In this document: piece after piece, positions 31,881-42,385 of the stretch | Layout of the letters: each line of letters begins with the position of its first letter | Position numbering within the stretch: the first letter of the stretch is position 1 | Origin: an uncultured Chloroflexia bacterium | GTDB taxonomy: Bacteria; Chloroflexota; Limnocylindria; QHBO01 | Assembly (NCBI GenBank): GCA_963825525.1 | Contig: CAWGTN010000002.1 | Location: 864,001-928,000, forward strand | DNA: 64,000 bases | Direction: 5' to 3' | The notes under the pieces: generated by a model | Seen by the model: only the letters and a program-made list of their open reading frames with translations | The model's database searches: none | Told to the model about the DNA's origin: nothing | Translations under genes and position numbers: made by a program

Positions 31881-33275
31881 ATGCCGACCATCACCTACTC
31901 GTCGTCAGATCCCGCCCCCGGTGCGCGTGCCGCGATCGCATACCTGCTGGATGCCGCCGGCGTACCCGCACGGCCGGCGGACCCCGGCGAGGCCGCCACG
32001 CTCGTCCACGGGGACATCGCGATGGCCGAGGGTGGCCTGCGCATCCCCATCGGACCCGGTGATCGAACCTGGCCGGAGCTGGCGGCAGGTGAGGTCGATC
32101 ACCGCGAGATCGGCGAAACCTTGCCGGTGGACCTCGTCGCATTGGTTCGGGCGCACCTCGACGACGCGGTGCACGACTCGCTGCCGGCCGAGTCGTTCGA
32201 CCTCTACGGCCGCCTCAATCGCGACGCCTCATTCAGCGCGACCGCCGGCATTGCGCACGTCCCGATCGTCAACCGCGCCGTCGTGCTCCTGTCGACCCTG
32301 GCGACCGAGCGATTCAAGATCACGCCCCACCCAGCGTGGCCCGGCGGGCGTCGCGCCGCGGTCGGCCTCTCGCACGACGTCGACCTTCCCGAGCGATATG
32401 CCATGGCGGGCGATCTGCTCCGACCCTGGCGGTTCCGGCACGCTCCGAGGACCCAGATGCTTGCCGCCCTGCGCCTGGCACGCGAGCGGCTCGTCGACCG
32501 ATCCCCCGACGATCATTGGGCCTTCGATGAGCTTCTGGCCGCGGAGGAGAAGCTCGGCCTGCGATCCACGTTTCTGTTCAGCGTCACTCCCTACCACGCC
32601 CGATTCGGATCGACGCTGGACCCGGCCTACGACGCCTCCGGTCCGCGGTATCGGCGGCTGTACGAGCGCCTCCGCTCCGGGGGCTGGGAGATCGGCCTGC
32701 ACGCCAGCTACCGCGCCCACGAGGATCCACTCCGGCTGGTTGCCGAGCGCCATCGGCTTGGCGACCTGGCCGGGGGTGAGATCGCCGGACTCCGCCACCA
32801 CTACTGGCAGCTCGGCCCGGACGTCGCGGCAACCCTGCGGGCGCACGAGGCTGCCGGCTTCGCCTACGACGCGTCGCTGGCATTCAACGACGCGCCGGGC
32901 TATCGACGGGGAGCGGCACTTCCGTTTCATCCGTACGATGCCGAGATGCAACGCCCACTCACCACGCTGCAGCTGCCAACCACGCTCATGGACGGCAACC
33001 TGTTCTACCGGCCGACGGGCGTGGAGGCGGCCATCACGGCGGCCACCGACCAGGTCGAGGCCATCGCCGATCTCGGGGGTCTCGCCGTCATCGACTGGCA
33101 CGCTCACACGTCGGTCAGCTCGAATCGTCGGTTCCAGGACTGGGGATCGGCCTACGAGGGCATCCTCACCTGGCTCGGAAGCAGATCGGACCTGTGGGTC
33201 ACCACGTTGGGCGAGATTACCCAGTGGCGCGAGCGTCGATCGGCCGAGCTCCGAGCAGCGGCGGCGACCGGCTGA
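31881..33275 (+). CDS. Polysaccharide deacetylase family protein
   Basis: LSHDVD, RSTFLF, EIGLHASY, GLRHHY, YDASL, LPTTLMD. Confidence 0.85.
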   Translation: MPTITYSSSDPAPGARAAIAYLLDAAGVPARPADPGEAATLVHGDIAMAEGGLRIPIGPGDRTWPELAAGEVDHREIGETLPVDLVALVRAHLDDAVHDSLPAESFDLYGRLNRDASFSATAGIAHVPIVNRAVVLLSTLATERFKITPHPAWPGGRRAAVGLSHDVDLPERYAMAGDLLRPWRFRHAPRTQMLAALRLARERLVDRSPDDHWAFDELLAAEEKLGLRSTFLFSVTPYHARFGSTLDPAYDASGPRYRRLYERLRSGGWEIGLHASYRAHEDPLRLVAERHRLGDLAGGEIAGLRHHYWQLGPDVAATLRAHEAAGFAYDASLAFNDAPGYRRGAALPFHPYDAEMQRPLTTLQLPTTLMDGNLFYRPTGVEAAITAATDQVEAIADLGGLAVIDWHAHTSVSSNRRFQDWGSAYEGILTWLGSRSDLWVTTLGEITQWRERRSAELRAAAATG

Positions 33276-35188
33276 TGTGCGGGATCGCGGGCCTGGTCGC
33301 CCTCGACGGCCGGCCGATCGACGGGCGTGCCGCCGAACGAGCCCTTGACCGGCTGACGCACCGCGGGCCGAACGGCAGCGGCGTGCTCGTGGCCGGGCCG
33401 GTTGCGTTGGCGCATCGGCGGCTGAGCATCCTCGACCCGACGGATGCCGGCGCGCAGCCGATGACCCGACATGGGATCTCGCTGATCCACAACGGGGAGG
33501 TCTACAACTTCCTCGAGCTGGCGACGGAGCTCCGGGCACTGGGCGCCACCATCACGACGGCGACCGACACCGAGGTCGTGATCGAGGCGTACCGCGCTTG
33601 GGGCATCGACGCATTCGAGCGATTCAATGGCATGTGGGCCATGGCGCTCTGGGACGCACCCCGCCGTCGGCTCGTCCTTTCGCGCGACAGGCTCGGGATC
33701 AAGCCGCTCTACACGCGCCGATCGAGCCGATCGCTGGCCTGGGCGTCCGAGCCGCCGGCGCTCGTTGCGGCGTCGCCGCTCGATGACGGTGACGGCTGGC
33801 GTCCCGAACCATACGCGCCGGTCGTGCGCGACTTCCTGGTTCGGGGCCTCGTCGATCACCGCGACACGGGATTCATCGACGGAATCGAGTCGGTGCCGGC
33901 CGGACACCACCTGGTGATCGAGAACGGACACGTCGAGGTGCGCCGCTACTGGGATCCGCCGCCACTCGCGGACGACGACTCGCCTCGCGCGGGGCCGCAC
34001 GACGGCCGGCTGGTCGAGGAGTTCGGCGCCTGCCTGGCGGATGCGGTCCGCCTGCGCCTTCGCTCCGACGTCCCGCTGGGCAGCTGCCTGTCGGGAGGGC
34101 TGGACTCGAGTGCCATCGTGCAGACGGTCGCCAACCATCTCGCCGCCGGCGCGGGCGACCGCGAGCAGATCCCCCGCTTCGCCTTCCACGCGCGATTCCC
34201 CGACCAGGGAGTTGACGAGTCTGGATACGCGAGGATCGTCGCGGAGCAGGCCGATGTGGCCCTCGTCATGGCCGATGAGCCTGGCGCCCTCTTCTCGGCG
34301 GCGGAGACTGTCATGGCATTCCAGGGAGAGCCGTTCGCCTCGAGCTCGATCATCGCCCAGCACCAGGTCATGCGCGCGGCTGCGACGGCGGGGGTCACCG
34401 TCCTCCTCGACGGCCAGGGTGCGGACGAGCTGCTCGGCGGCTACCCCCGTTACCTGGGCTACCGCGCCGCGGCACTTGCGACACGCCATCCGCTGGAGGC
34501 CGCCGCGGAGCTCCGGGCGAGCGTCGCCCACGGGACGGTCGATGCCTCAACGGCCATGCTCGGTCTCGCGCGCGGCCTCTTCGGCGATGGGGCACGAGAG
34601 CTCGTGCGAGGAGCGTCCGGGGGACGATTCGGGATGCAGCTCGGCCCGACGCTGGGCCACGTGCCGACCGCGCACGTCGTGCACTCGGAGCCTGGCACGG
34701 CCCTGGCCCGACGCCTGTGGCAGGACATCCGCCACGAGGGACTTCCCGCGTTGCTGCGCTACGAGGACAGAAACAGCATGGCGTTCGGCATTGAGGCCCG
34801 CGTGCCGTTCCTGGACTACCGCCTCGTCGAATTCTCGTGCCGGCTCCCCGACCGCCTGCGGGTTGGAGGTGGGGTCACCAAGGTGATCCTGCGTCAGGCG
34901 ATGCGCGGGATCCTCCCCGACAAGATCGTGGATCGTCGCGACAAGATGGGGTTCGTCACGCCGCAGTCGAGCTGGACCCGCGACGCACAGGACGAGATCG
35001 CTCGAACGATCCGCGGAGGAGGCGCCGTTTCGCGGGGCTGGGTCACGGCCCGCGAGGTCGAACGGCTTGTCGCCGCCGCGGCCGGCGGCGGAAGCGCGAA
35101 CGAACAGGTGTGGCGGCTTTTCGTGACCGAGCTGTGGCTCGCTCAGCTCGAGCGATCGGCTTCGGGTCAGCCTTCACCTGGGTCATGA
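33275..35188 (+). CDS. asnB: Asparagine synthase-like glutamine amidotransferase (probably glycan-amidating)
   Basis: MCGIAG, HRGP, HRRLSILD, NGEVYN, LSGGLDSS, LDGQGADE, RYEDRNSMAFGIEARVPFLD. Confidence 0.93.
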   Translation: MCGIAGLVALDGRPIDGRAAERALDRLTHRGPNGSGVLVAGPVALAHRRLSILDPTDAGAQPMTRHGISLIHNGEVYNFLELATELRALGATITTATDTEVVIEAYRAWGIDAFERFNGMWAMALWDAPRRRLVLSRDRLGIKPLYTRRSSRSLAWASEPPALVAASPLDDGDGWRPEPYAPVVRDFLVRGLVDHRDTGFIDGIESVPAGHHLVIENGHVEVRRYWDPPPLADDDSPRAGPHDGRLVEEFGACLADAVRLRLRSDVPLGSCLSGGLDSSAIVQTVANHLAAGAGDREQIPRFAFHARFPDQGVDESGYARIVAEQADVALVMADEPGALFSAAETVMAFQGEPFASSSIIAQHQVMRAAATAGVTVLLDGQGADELLGGYPRYLGYRAAALATRHPLEAAAELRASVAHGTVDASTAMLGLARGLFGDGARELVRGASGGRFGMQLGPTLGHVPTAHVVHSEPGTALARRLWQDIRHEGLPALLRYEDRNSMAFGIEARVPFLDYRLVEFSCRLPDRLRVGGGVTKVILRQAMRGILPDKIVDRRDKMGFVTPQSSWTRDAQDEIARTIRGGGAVSRGWVTAREVERLVAAAAGGGSANEQVWRLFVTELWLAQLERSASGQPSPGS

Positions 35189-35228
35189 GCAACCCTGCTC
35201 AGAACACACGAACACCGGAGACCAACGC

Positions 35229-36422
35229 TTGACCATTCGATCATCGGTCCGCAGCCTCCTCGCCACCGGGGCCTGGCGACCCGCGAGCGCTCGCCTTCTG
35301 CTCCGCGATCGGCGCACGTCGAGACCCCCGATCGGCACGGATCAGGCCCACCTGGCTGGCGCCGCAGCCTGGCTCGCTCGAGCTCAGGACGCGCGGTCGG
35401 ACGGCGGCATCAGCGGACGGTACTTCCTCTCGACAGGATGGAGCGCGTCGTACCCGGAAACCACGGGCTACATCATCCCCACGTTCCTGGCACTGGCCGA
35501 CGAGCTCGACGATTCGGCGTGGCGGACGCGTGCCGAACGTGCGCTGCGTTTCCTCCTGGCGCTTCAACTGCCCGACGGCGCGTTCCCGGGGGGGGAAATC
35601 GACGAGAACACCACGGCACCGTCGGTCTTCAACACCGGGCAGATCCTGAACGGGCTCGTCTCGTGGCACGAGGCAACCGGCGATCCGGAGGTGGCGACGG
35701 CCGCCCGGCGCGCAGGAGAGTGGCTGTGCAGCGTGCAGGAGGCCGATGGATCGTTCCGGCGACACACCTACCTCGATGTCGCCGCCACGTACCACGCACA
35801 CGCAACCTGCTGGCTGGCTGACGCGTCGATCGCACTGGATGACGAGCCGATGCGGAGGGCCGTCCGGCGCCATGTGGCCTGGTGCCTCGAACAGTACGAT
35901 CCGGCCGCGCGCTGGCTCGACCGCTCGGGGTTCACCGCGGCGGACCAGGCAGCACGCCGATCCGTGACCCACACGTTCGCGTATGCCCTGTTCGGCATCC
36001 TCCACGCATCACAGCAACTGGGCATCACGGAGGGCGTGGCCATGGTGACCGATGTGGCAGGCCGAGCCGCGGAGCTCACGGTCGAGCGCGGGACGCTGCC
36101 GGGTCATGTCGACGCCGAGTGGGCCGCGACCGATCGATACACCTGCCTGACCGGGAGCGTCCAGATGGCGCTGGTCTGGCAGCGGTTGGCCGAGCTCCAG
36201 CCGAGCGACACCCTGCGCCGAGCGACCGACATCGCCATCGACGAGGTCAAGGCCTCGCAGCCGATGCGGAGCGCGGACCCCGGACTCCGCGGTGGCGTGC
36301 CCGGCTCGCGCCCGATCTGGGGACCCTACATCCCGCTGGCACTGCCGAACTGGGCAGCGAAGTTCCTCATCGATGCACTGGTGGTCCGCCAGGGTGGCCG
36401 TCAGCCAGGTCGAATGGGCTGA
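35229..36422 (+). CDS. Alpha/alpha-barrel (prenyltransferase-repeat-like) protein of unknown function
   Basis: WLARAQD, SYPETTGYII, LQLPDGAF, FNTGQIL, WLCSVQEADGSF, NWAAKF. Confidence 0.75.
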   Translation: MTIRSSVRSLLATGAWRPASARLLLRDRRTSRPPIGTDQAHLAGAAAWLARAQDARSDGGISGRYFLSTGWSASYPETTGYIIPTFLALADELDDSAWRTRAERALRFLLALQLPDGAFPGGEIDENTTAPSVFNTGQILNGLVSWHEATGDPEVATAARRAGEWLCSVQEADGSFRRHTYLDVAATYHAHATCWLADASIALDDEPMRRAVRRHVAWCLEQYDPAARWLDRSGFTAADQAARRSVTHTFAYALFGILHASQQLGITEGVAMVTDVAGRAAELTVERGTLPGHVDAEWAATDRYTCLTGSVQMALVWQRLAELQPSDTLRRATDIAIDEVKASQPMRSADPGLRGGVPGSRPIWGPYIPLALPNWAAKFLIDALVVRQGGRQPGRMG

Positions 36423-37148
36423 TCAGGCCGGTCGTCGAGCGACGATCGCCACCCGGGCACCTGGCCCGGACCGGACCACGTTGACCTCGGCGCCCGCGTC
36501 GCGAAGCGTGGATGCCACGTCCTCGGCCCGTGGATACCGGGCAACCAGGTAGAAGCGCGGCACCAGGGGAATGCGGAGGTATCGGGTGATCGCTTTCCGG
36601 ATCTCCATCCGGCGACCCGGGCGGCTCGCCGCATCCTGGTCGAAGATCGCGAGCGTGCCACCGCTGCCGAGCCGACGGTACAGCGCGCGGACACCGTCCT
36701 GCTGGAGGGAGCGCGGCAGCTGCTGGATCACGTCATAGGCGTAGATCAATCCAAATTCCGGCGCGCCGGGAAACTCGTACGGCTCCGATGAGAGAAGGTC
36801 GCCGACGCGGAGGTGCTCGGCCGGCAGCTCCGGGCCGATGACGTCGGCTGCCAGGCTGACCATCTCCGGGGTGAGGTCGAATCCGTACCGGCGCTGCGGT
36901 GAGTGTCCAGCCCGCGCGAGGAGCTCCCCCACCAGGTGCAGCCAGTCACCGACTCCACAGCCGGCCTCGAGCACCGCCGCTCCGGGGGCCAGGTTCTCGA
37001 TCAGCGGCGCCAACGTCACCGAGACGAAGTTACGGTCGTCGTCGGAGTGGCGAAAGCGGGCGGAGTAGACGCCGGCGTCGACCATGCGCGCGTACGTGGC
37101 ACGGACGCCACCTTGCCAGCCGGCGCCATCGGGCGCCGCCGCGCTCAC
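36423..37148 (-). CDS. Class I SAM-dependent methyltransferase
   Basis: VLEAGCGVG motif I, GFDLTPEMV, LGSGG; GTGA overlap with upstream gene. Confidence 0.85.
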   Translation of the reverse strand: MSAAAPDGAGWQGGVRATYARMVDAGVYSARFRHSDDDRNFVSVTLAPLIENLAPGAAVLEAGCGVGDWLHLVGELLARAGHSPQRRYGFDLTPEMVSLAADVIGPELPAEHLRVGDLLSSEPYEFPGAPEFGLIYAYDVIQQLPRSLQQDGVRALYRRLGSGGTLAIFDQDAASRPGRRMEIRKAITRYLRIPLVPRFYLVARYPRAEDVASTLRDAGAEVNVVRSGPGARVAIVARRPA

Positions 37149-38542
37149 CGACCCAGGACGTTGTTGTTCGGCGAGTTCCCGCTGACGGCCACGTTGACGG
37201 CGCTGCTCCACACCTCGATGTTAGCTTGGCGGTTCCCCGAGAAGGCATTGTTGCGAATCGTGACGCCGTTGGCGGACGAGGCCACGATGACGCCCCAGTA
37301 GCCATTCCGAATCACGTTGCCCTCGATCAGGACGTTGCGCGGGCCGGGATCGTGGTACAGGTGGATCGCACCTCCACTCAGGCCGCCCGCGTCGAGGACG
37401 TTGTTGCGGATCGTGATGTTGTACGGGGACGCGCCGGGATAGATGAGGTGCTCGATCGGCGTCGCCGAGGTGCCGCGGTTGCCCGCCATGACCAGGTTCT
37501 GGAGCACGATGTCGTGCGAGCCGCCGATCAACAGCAGGATCCCGTTCTGGACCGGATGGTAGTTCTGGACTCGGAGGCCATCCACGATGATGTTGTGGAT
37601 CTGGTCGTAGAAGATCAGGAACTGCTCCTGCGCGTTTCCACCGTCGAACACCGGGACCTCGCCAGGGTAAGCGGCGAACCAGATCGGTGCCCCTGGGGTT
37701 CCGGAGGCACCGGCGCTCCACGAATAGCCGCCCTGCCCGTAGTAGACGCCGCCGCGGGCATACAGCGTGTCGCCCGGCTGGAGGAACTTCGATGCGTGGC
37801 CGTAGGTCAGCCACGGCGAGGCGATCGTCCCCGCGCCGCCGTCGGAGCCGTTGGGAGCCATGACGAAGACCCGGCCGGTGCCCTTGGCAACGGGCGCCGG
37901 CGGCGCGGGTGCGACCGGGGCCGCCGTCACGACCGGCGCGGCCGTCGGGGCAAGAGGAGCGGCGGTGACCACCGGTGCCACGGTGGGGACCGGAGTTGGG
38001 CTCGGCGTTGCGGGCGGACGTGGCGACGGGGTGGTGAGCTCGGGTGTCGCGGTCGGCGCCGCCGTCGGAGTGTTCGAGGCCACGATGCTCGAGAGCTTCC
38101 GAGGCTCGACGCGGATGCTGGTCCGTGCAATCTCACGGACTGGGCGCCCGGCTGCGTCGAGCTCCACGGCGACCACGCGATGCCGTCCGTTCTTCATGGT
38201 CGCCGGAATGGTCAGCTGGACGGCGAACCGCCCACTCGGCGCGACCTGGTAGGCGATCGTCTGCCGATCGAGCACGATCCTGCCGCGAGCACCAGGTGAA
38301 AAGTCGTTGCCGGTGACCGTGATCGTGGCTCCCGCCACCGTCGTGCCCGGGGCAGCGAGTGTTGGCTGCGCCGCGCGCACGAGCAGAGTCGGGACGACGA
38401 GGGCCGGGATGAGGAGCACCATGACCAGGGTCGCAAGCCAGGCGGCGACCGGATTCGAGCGAGAGATCGGACGGGCCGGTCGGGGCTGCGGAGCCTTCGG
38501 GCGGGGGTATCGGCTCGAAAGCGGAGTGGACTTGTACCTCAC
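37145..38542 (-). CDS. Exported right-handed beta-helix (pectate-lyase-like) protein with Ig-like domain and Pro/Thr/Ala linker
   Basis: TM/signal, PGTTVAGATITVTG Ig-like segment, PTA linker, GSDGGAGTIASPW.T, LQPGDTLYARGGVY, repeated I.I.NN strands. Confidence 0.85.
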   Translation of the reverse strand: MRYKSTPLSSRYPRPKAPQPRPARPISRSNPVAAWLATLVMVLLIPALVVPTLLVRAAQPTLAAPGTTVAGATITVTGNDFSPGARGRIVLDRQTIAYQVAPSGRFAVQLTIPATMKNGRHRVVAVELDAAGRPVREIARTSIRVEPRKLSSIVASNTPTAAPTATPELTTPSPRPPATPSPTPVPTVAPVVTAAPLAPTAAPVVTAAPVAPAPPAPVAKGTGRVFVMAPNGSDGGAGTIASPWLTYGHASKFLQPGDTLYARGGVYYGQGGYSWSAGASGTPGAPIWFAAYPGEVPVFDGGNAQEQFLIFYDQIHNIIVDGLRVQNYHPVQNGILLLIGGSHDIVLQNLVMAGNRGTSATPIEHLIYPGASPYNITIRNNVLDAGGLSGGAIHLYHDPGPRNVLIEGNVIRNGYWGVIVASSANGVTIRNNAFSGNRQANIEVWSSAVNVAVSGNSPNNNVLGR

Positions 38543-38688
38543 GGAGTGGGCACCCTCTGGTGAGTGGGTTTGCGCGGGAGTGCGAACACCACCTACCGTA
38601 GGGAAGCCCGGCCCGTCGGTCTACGAGCCTTATCGTCCGGGTGTCGTCCTAGTACCGGGTCCCAGTGAATGCGCGCGGAGATGGCGAT

Positions 38689-40005
38689 GTGAAGGTTCTT
38701 GTCTGGGGTATGGGTTACGTCGGTTCGGTCACGGCAGCGGCATTGGCCAGCCGAGGCCATGACGTCGTGGGCATCGAGACAAATGGCGCCAAGGTCGACT
38801 CGATCAATGCCGGGAGGAGCCCCGTCGCGGAGCCGGGCCTCCCCGAATTGCTCGGTGCTCAGGTTAGCGCCGGGCGTCTTCGCGCGTCGGGTGACGCTGC
38901 GACGGAGCTCGCCGATGCCGACATTTCGCTGATCTGCGTCGGGACGCCGACCGGCCCGGATGGCACCCCCGATCTCTCGCACATCGGGGCGGTTGCCAGC
39001 GAGATCGGTCGCTGCCTCGCCGGCACAACCGGCCGCCACGTGGTCGTCATGCGCAGCACCGTCCCGCCCGGAACGGCACGCGGCATGGTGCGAGAGTGGA
39101 TCGAGACCGCATCCGGACGTACTGCCGGCGACGGGTTCGGCCTCGCGGTGAACCCGGAGTTCCTGCGTGAGGCGACCGCACTCGCCGACTTCGATCGGCC
39201 CGCCATGACCGTCATCGGCGCGCTCGACGACGCGTCGTTCGAGACCGTGGAAGCGCTGTTCGCCGGGATCGACGCGCCGGTGCGGCGGATGTCGCTCGAG
39301 GAGGCGGAGCTCCTCAAGCTGACGAACAACGCCTTCCACGCCCTCAAGGTCGGATTCGCGAACGAGGTCGGGCGCCTCTGCGACCGGCTCGGAATCGACA
39401 GCCACGTGTTGATGGGAGCGCTGGTGGCCGACACCCGGCTCAACATCTCGCCGGCGTACCTGATGCCCGGCTTCGCGTTCGGTGGATCGTGCCTCCCCAA
39501 GGACCTGCGCAGCATGGGCCATCAGCTGCGCATGGCAGGGGTGCGCGCGCCGATCCTGGACGGACTGCTCGCCAGCAATCACCAGCAGGTGGAGGAGGCA
39601 CTGCGCAAGGTGCACGCCAGCGGCGCGCGCCGCATCGCCGTCCTGGGGCTTGCCTTCAAGGCAGGGACCGATGACCTGCGCGAGAGCCCGATGGTGGCCC
39701 TCGTCGACTCCCTGTGGCGCGATGGATACACGGTCGGCGTCTTCGATCCTGATGTCGATCTTGACGCCATGATCGGCACGAACCGAGAGTTCGTGGAGCG
39801 ACAGCTGCCGCAGATCGCTGAGATCCTGCGTCCCAGCCTGGCCGAAGCCCTCTCGGGAGCGGAGCTGGTGATCATCGGGCAGCGTCGGCCCACCTTCGCC
39901 GAGGCGATCGCGGGGCTCGAGGGGGTGTCGATCCTGGACCTCGTCCGCATCAGCTCGGATCGTGTGCCGCCCACGGTGTCGCCGTATGCCGGCCTTTCGT
40001 GGTGA
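38689..40005 (+). CDS. UDP-glucose/GDP-mannose dehydrogenase family (AlgD-like)
   Basis: GMGYVG, ICVGTP, NPEFLRE, LNISPAYLMPGFAFGGSCLPKD, FKAGTDDLRESP. Confidence 0.95.
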   Translation: MKVLVWGMGYVGSVTAAALASRGHDVVGIETNGAKVDSINAGRSPVAEPGLPELLGAQVSAGRLRASGDAATELADADISLICVGTPTGPDGTPDLSHIGAVASEIGRCLAGTTGRHVVVMRSTVPPGTARGMVREWIETASGRTAGDGFGLAVNPEFLREATALADFDRPAMTVIGALDDASFETVEALFAGIDAPVRRMSLEEAELLKLTNNAFHALKVGFANEVGRLCDRLGIDSHVLMGALVADTRLNISPAYLMPGFAFGGSCLPKDLRSMGHQLRMAGVRAPILDGLLASNHQQVEEALRKVHASGARRIAVLGLAFKAGTDDLRESPMVALVDSLWRDGYTVGVFDPDVDLDAMIGTNREFVERQLPQIAEILRPSLAEALSGAELVIIGQRRPTFAEAIAGLEGVSILDLVRISSDRVPPTVSPYAGLSW

Positions 40006-41270
40006 GCCGACGGCCGCGCTGGCTCATTCTCAGCCAGTACTACGCCCCCGAGCTGGGTGCACCGCAGATCCGTCTCGGGTCGCTCGTGCGCCAGCTCAAG
40101 CACCACGGGATCGATGTCAGCGTCCTGACGGCCATGCCCAACTACCCGGCGGGGCGTACGTTCGACGGCTATCAGAACCGGCTCGCGATGCGCGACGAGG
40201 TCGACGGAACGCCAGTGGTGCGCACCTGGCTGCTGCCGGGCGCCGGGCATTCCTCCCTTCTGCGCCTGGCGAACTACCTGAGCTTCACCGCGACCGCCAT
40301 GGTCGCCGCTGCCGCCGCTCGCCGACCTGACGTGCTGTTCGTCGAGAGCCAGCCGCTGTCACTCGGCCTCATCGGCGTGGCGATGAAGCGACTGCGCGGC
40401 GTGCCGTACGTCTACAACGTCCCAGACCTCCAGGTGGATGTCGCGCGCGAGCTGGGGTTCATCCGGAGCGATCGCATGCTGCAGGTCGCCAAGGAGATGG
40501 AGGACCTCTTCCTCCGTGAGGCGTGGAAGGTTGCCACCGTCACCGACGGCTTCGTCGAGCACTTCGCGGCACGCGGGATCCCGCGCGATCGGATCACGTT
40601 CCTACCGAATGGCGCCGACGCCGACTTCCTGCGCCCGATGCCGGCGGACCCCGAGCTCACCGCCCGCTGGGGCCTGGCCGGCAAGATCGTGTTCACCTAT
40701 GTCGGTACCCATGCGATCTACCATGGCCTCGATACGCTCGTGCGCGCCGCCGCCATCCTTCGCGAGCGAGACCCGCGCATCCACGTCCTGTTCATCGGCG
40801 ACGGTCCGGAGCGAGAGCCCCTCAAGCGCCTCGCCGCCGATCTGGGATTGGACAACGTCACGTTCGGTAGCTCGCCGTATGACGAGATGGCGCGCCTCTA
40901 CTCGCTGGCCCGGGGTTCGGTCGCCACCCTCCGGGACATGCCGGTGGCCGACGGCATGCGCCTGTCGAAAGTGTTTCCTGCGCTCAGCTGCGGCGTCCCG
41001 GTGGTCTACTCGGGGCGCGGAGAGGCCGCCAACCTGCTCGAGCGGGAAGGGTGCGGGCTGGTGACGCCTCCGGAGGATCCCGGCGCGCTGGCCGAGGCGA
41101 TGCTTCGCCTGGCGGAGGACGACGAGCTGCACGCGACGCTGTCAACGAGCGGTCGGGCGCTCGTGGAGCGTGAATTTGCCTGGAGCTCGATCGTCTCTCG
41201 CTGGCTCGAATCGCTCGGCTCGCCCTACGGGCCGGGCGGCGATCCCGAGATGCCCGCCAGCCGATCGTAG
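40002..41270 (+). CDS. Glycosyltransferase family 4 (WbuB-like)
   Basis: QYYAPELGA, MPNYP.G, RLANYLSF, PNGAD, GLDTL. Confidence 0.92.
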   Translation: MSRRPRWLILSQYYAPELGAPQIRLGSLVRQLKHHGIDVSVLTAMPNYPAGRTFDGYQNRLAMRDEVDGTPVVRTWLLPGAGHSSLLRLANYLSFTATAMVAAAAARRPDVLFVESQPLSLGLIGVAMKRLRGVPYVYNVPDLQVDVARELGFIRSDRMLQVAKEMEDLFLREAWKVATVTDGFVEHFAARGIPRDRITFLPNGADADFLRPMPADPELTARWGLAGKIVFTYVGTHAIYHGLDTLVRAAAILRERDPRIHVLFIGDGPEREPLKRLAADLGLDNVTFGSSPYDEMARLYSLARGSVATLRDMPVADGMRLSKVFPALSCGVPVVYSGRGEAANLLEREGCGLVTPPEDPGALAEAMLRLAEDDELHATLSTSGRALVEREFAWSSIVSRWLESLGSPYGPGGDPEMPASRS

Positions 41271-42385
41271 AGCTCAACCAGGCGCTGCCCCTCGGGCTGC
41301 CAGCTCCAACGACGGAGGACCGCGTCGCGCCCGCGTCTGCCCATGGCCTCGGCTTCGGCGGGATCGTCGAGCAGGGTGTCGATCGCGGCCGCGATCGACG
41401 CGGGGTCGAGAGGATCCACGAGTAGTCCACATCCGGCGTCATCGACGATCGACCGCCACAGCGGAAAGTCGGATGCGATGACCGGCAGCCCCGCGGCCAT
41501 GTACTCGAAGAGCTTCACCGGATAGCTCTCCACGTAGGACGGCGTCGGGTGCAGGCAGACCAGGCCGAGGCGTGCCCCGCCGAGCAGACGAGCGACGCCC
41601 AGCCGATCCTGCCAGCCCAGCGGGTCCACGCGTGCCCAGCCGGGCAACGATTCGAGCTCATCACGGAGCGACGACGGTGAGAAATCCCCCGCGATGCGAA
41701 GTCTCGCGGTCGATGCTCCGACGGCATCCATGGCCTCGATCATCTCGCGCGCGCCGCGAGGCGCACTCACGTTACCCACGTAGGCGGCGATCCTGTCGCG
41801 ATCCACGTACGCCATCGCCTCGCCGGCGGCCGCGAACTCCTCGCTGCGCGCCAGGTTGCGGATCACCACCGTGCGGTCTGACGGGAAGTGGGCGGCCACC
41901 GGCGGCGTGGCCGCCACCACCGCCGACAGCTGTCGAGCCACCAGGCGCTCGACACCCGAGGCAAGGCGTGCGACCCCGGGCCGCAGCCATCGCGGAATCC
42001 ACGGCTTGTGGCGCACCTGGTTTCCGAGATCCTCGTGGGCGTCGTAGATCACTGCCCGACCCCGGTGCCGGAGGAGCAGGCCGATGGGCAGAAGCTCGGG
42101 GTCGTGGAGGTGATAGATCGCAGCGTCCTGCTGACGCGCCGCCCGGAGGACGGCGGGCACCGTGCGAAGCAGGCGGCTGAACCGACCGGAGCGTCGCGGA
42201 ACCGTCACGTGGCGGACTCCGGAGGCGGTATCGACGAGCGGCGTGGGAGCGATGAGCCGTACGTCGTACCCAGCCTCGGCCAGCGTCGCGCATTCCTTGG
42301 CCAGGATTCGCGGGTCATCGGCCCGGTGGACCGAGCTGAGGTGGCAGACGCGAACCGCAGCACGACGAGGCCCTTCAGGCGTCAT
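41225..42385 (-). CDS. Glycosyltransferase family 4
   Basis: SSVHRADDPRI, HLHDPELL, YDAHED, PVKLFEYMAAGLPVIASDFP. Confidence 0.93.
   Translation of the reverse strand: MTPEGPRRAAVRVCHLSSVHRADDPRILAKECATLAEAGYDVRLIAPTPLVDTASGVRHVTVPRRSGRFSRLLRTVPAVLRAARQQDAAIYHLHDPELLPIGLLLRHRGRAVIYDAHEDLGNQVRHKPWIPRWLRPGVARLASGVERLVARQLSAVVAATPPVAAHFPSDRTVVIRNLARSEEFAAAGEAMAYVDRDRIAAYVGNVSAPRGAREMIEAMDAVGASTARLRIAGDFSPSSLRDELESLPGWARVDPLGWQDRLGVARLLGGARLGLVCLHPTPSYVESYPVKLFEYMAAGLPVIASDFPLWRSIVDDAGCGLLVDPLDPASIAAAIDTLLDDPAEAEAMGRRGRDAVLRRWSWQPEGQRLVELYDRLAGISGSPPGP

Noticed and set aside
33275-35188. AsnB as a lasso-peptide cyclase
   Set aside because: The N-terminal Cys glutaminase domain is intact; no B peptidase, RRE or precursor seen; the context is polysaccharide synthesis
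35229-36422. Squalene-hopene cyclase or lanthionine cyclase
   Set aside because: Only ~400 aa, no DxDD motif, no clear LanC zinc triad, and no terpene or RiPP genes nearby
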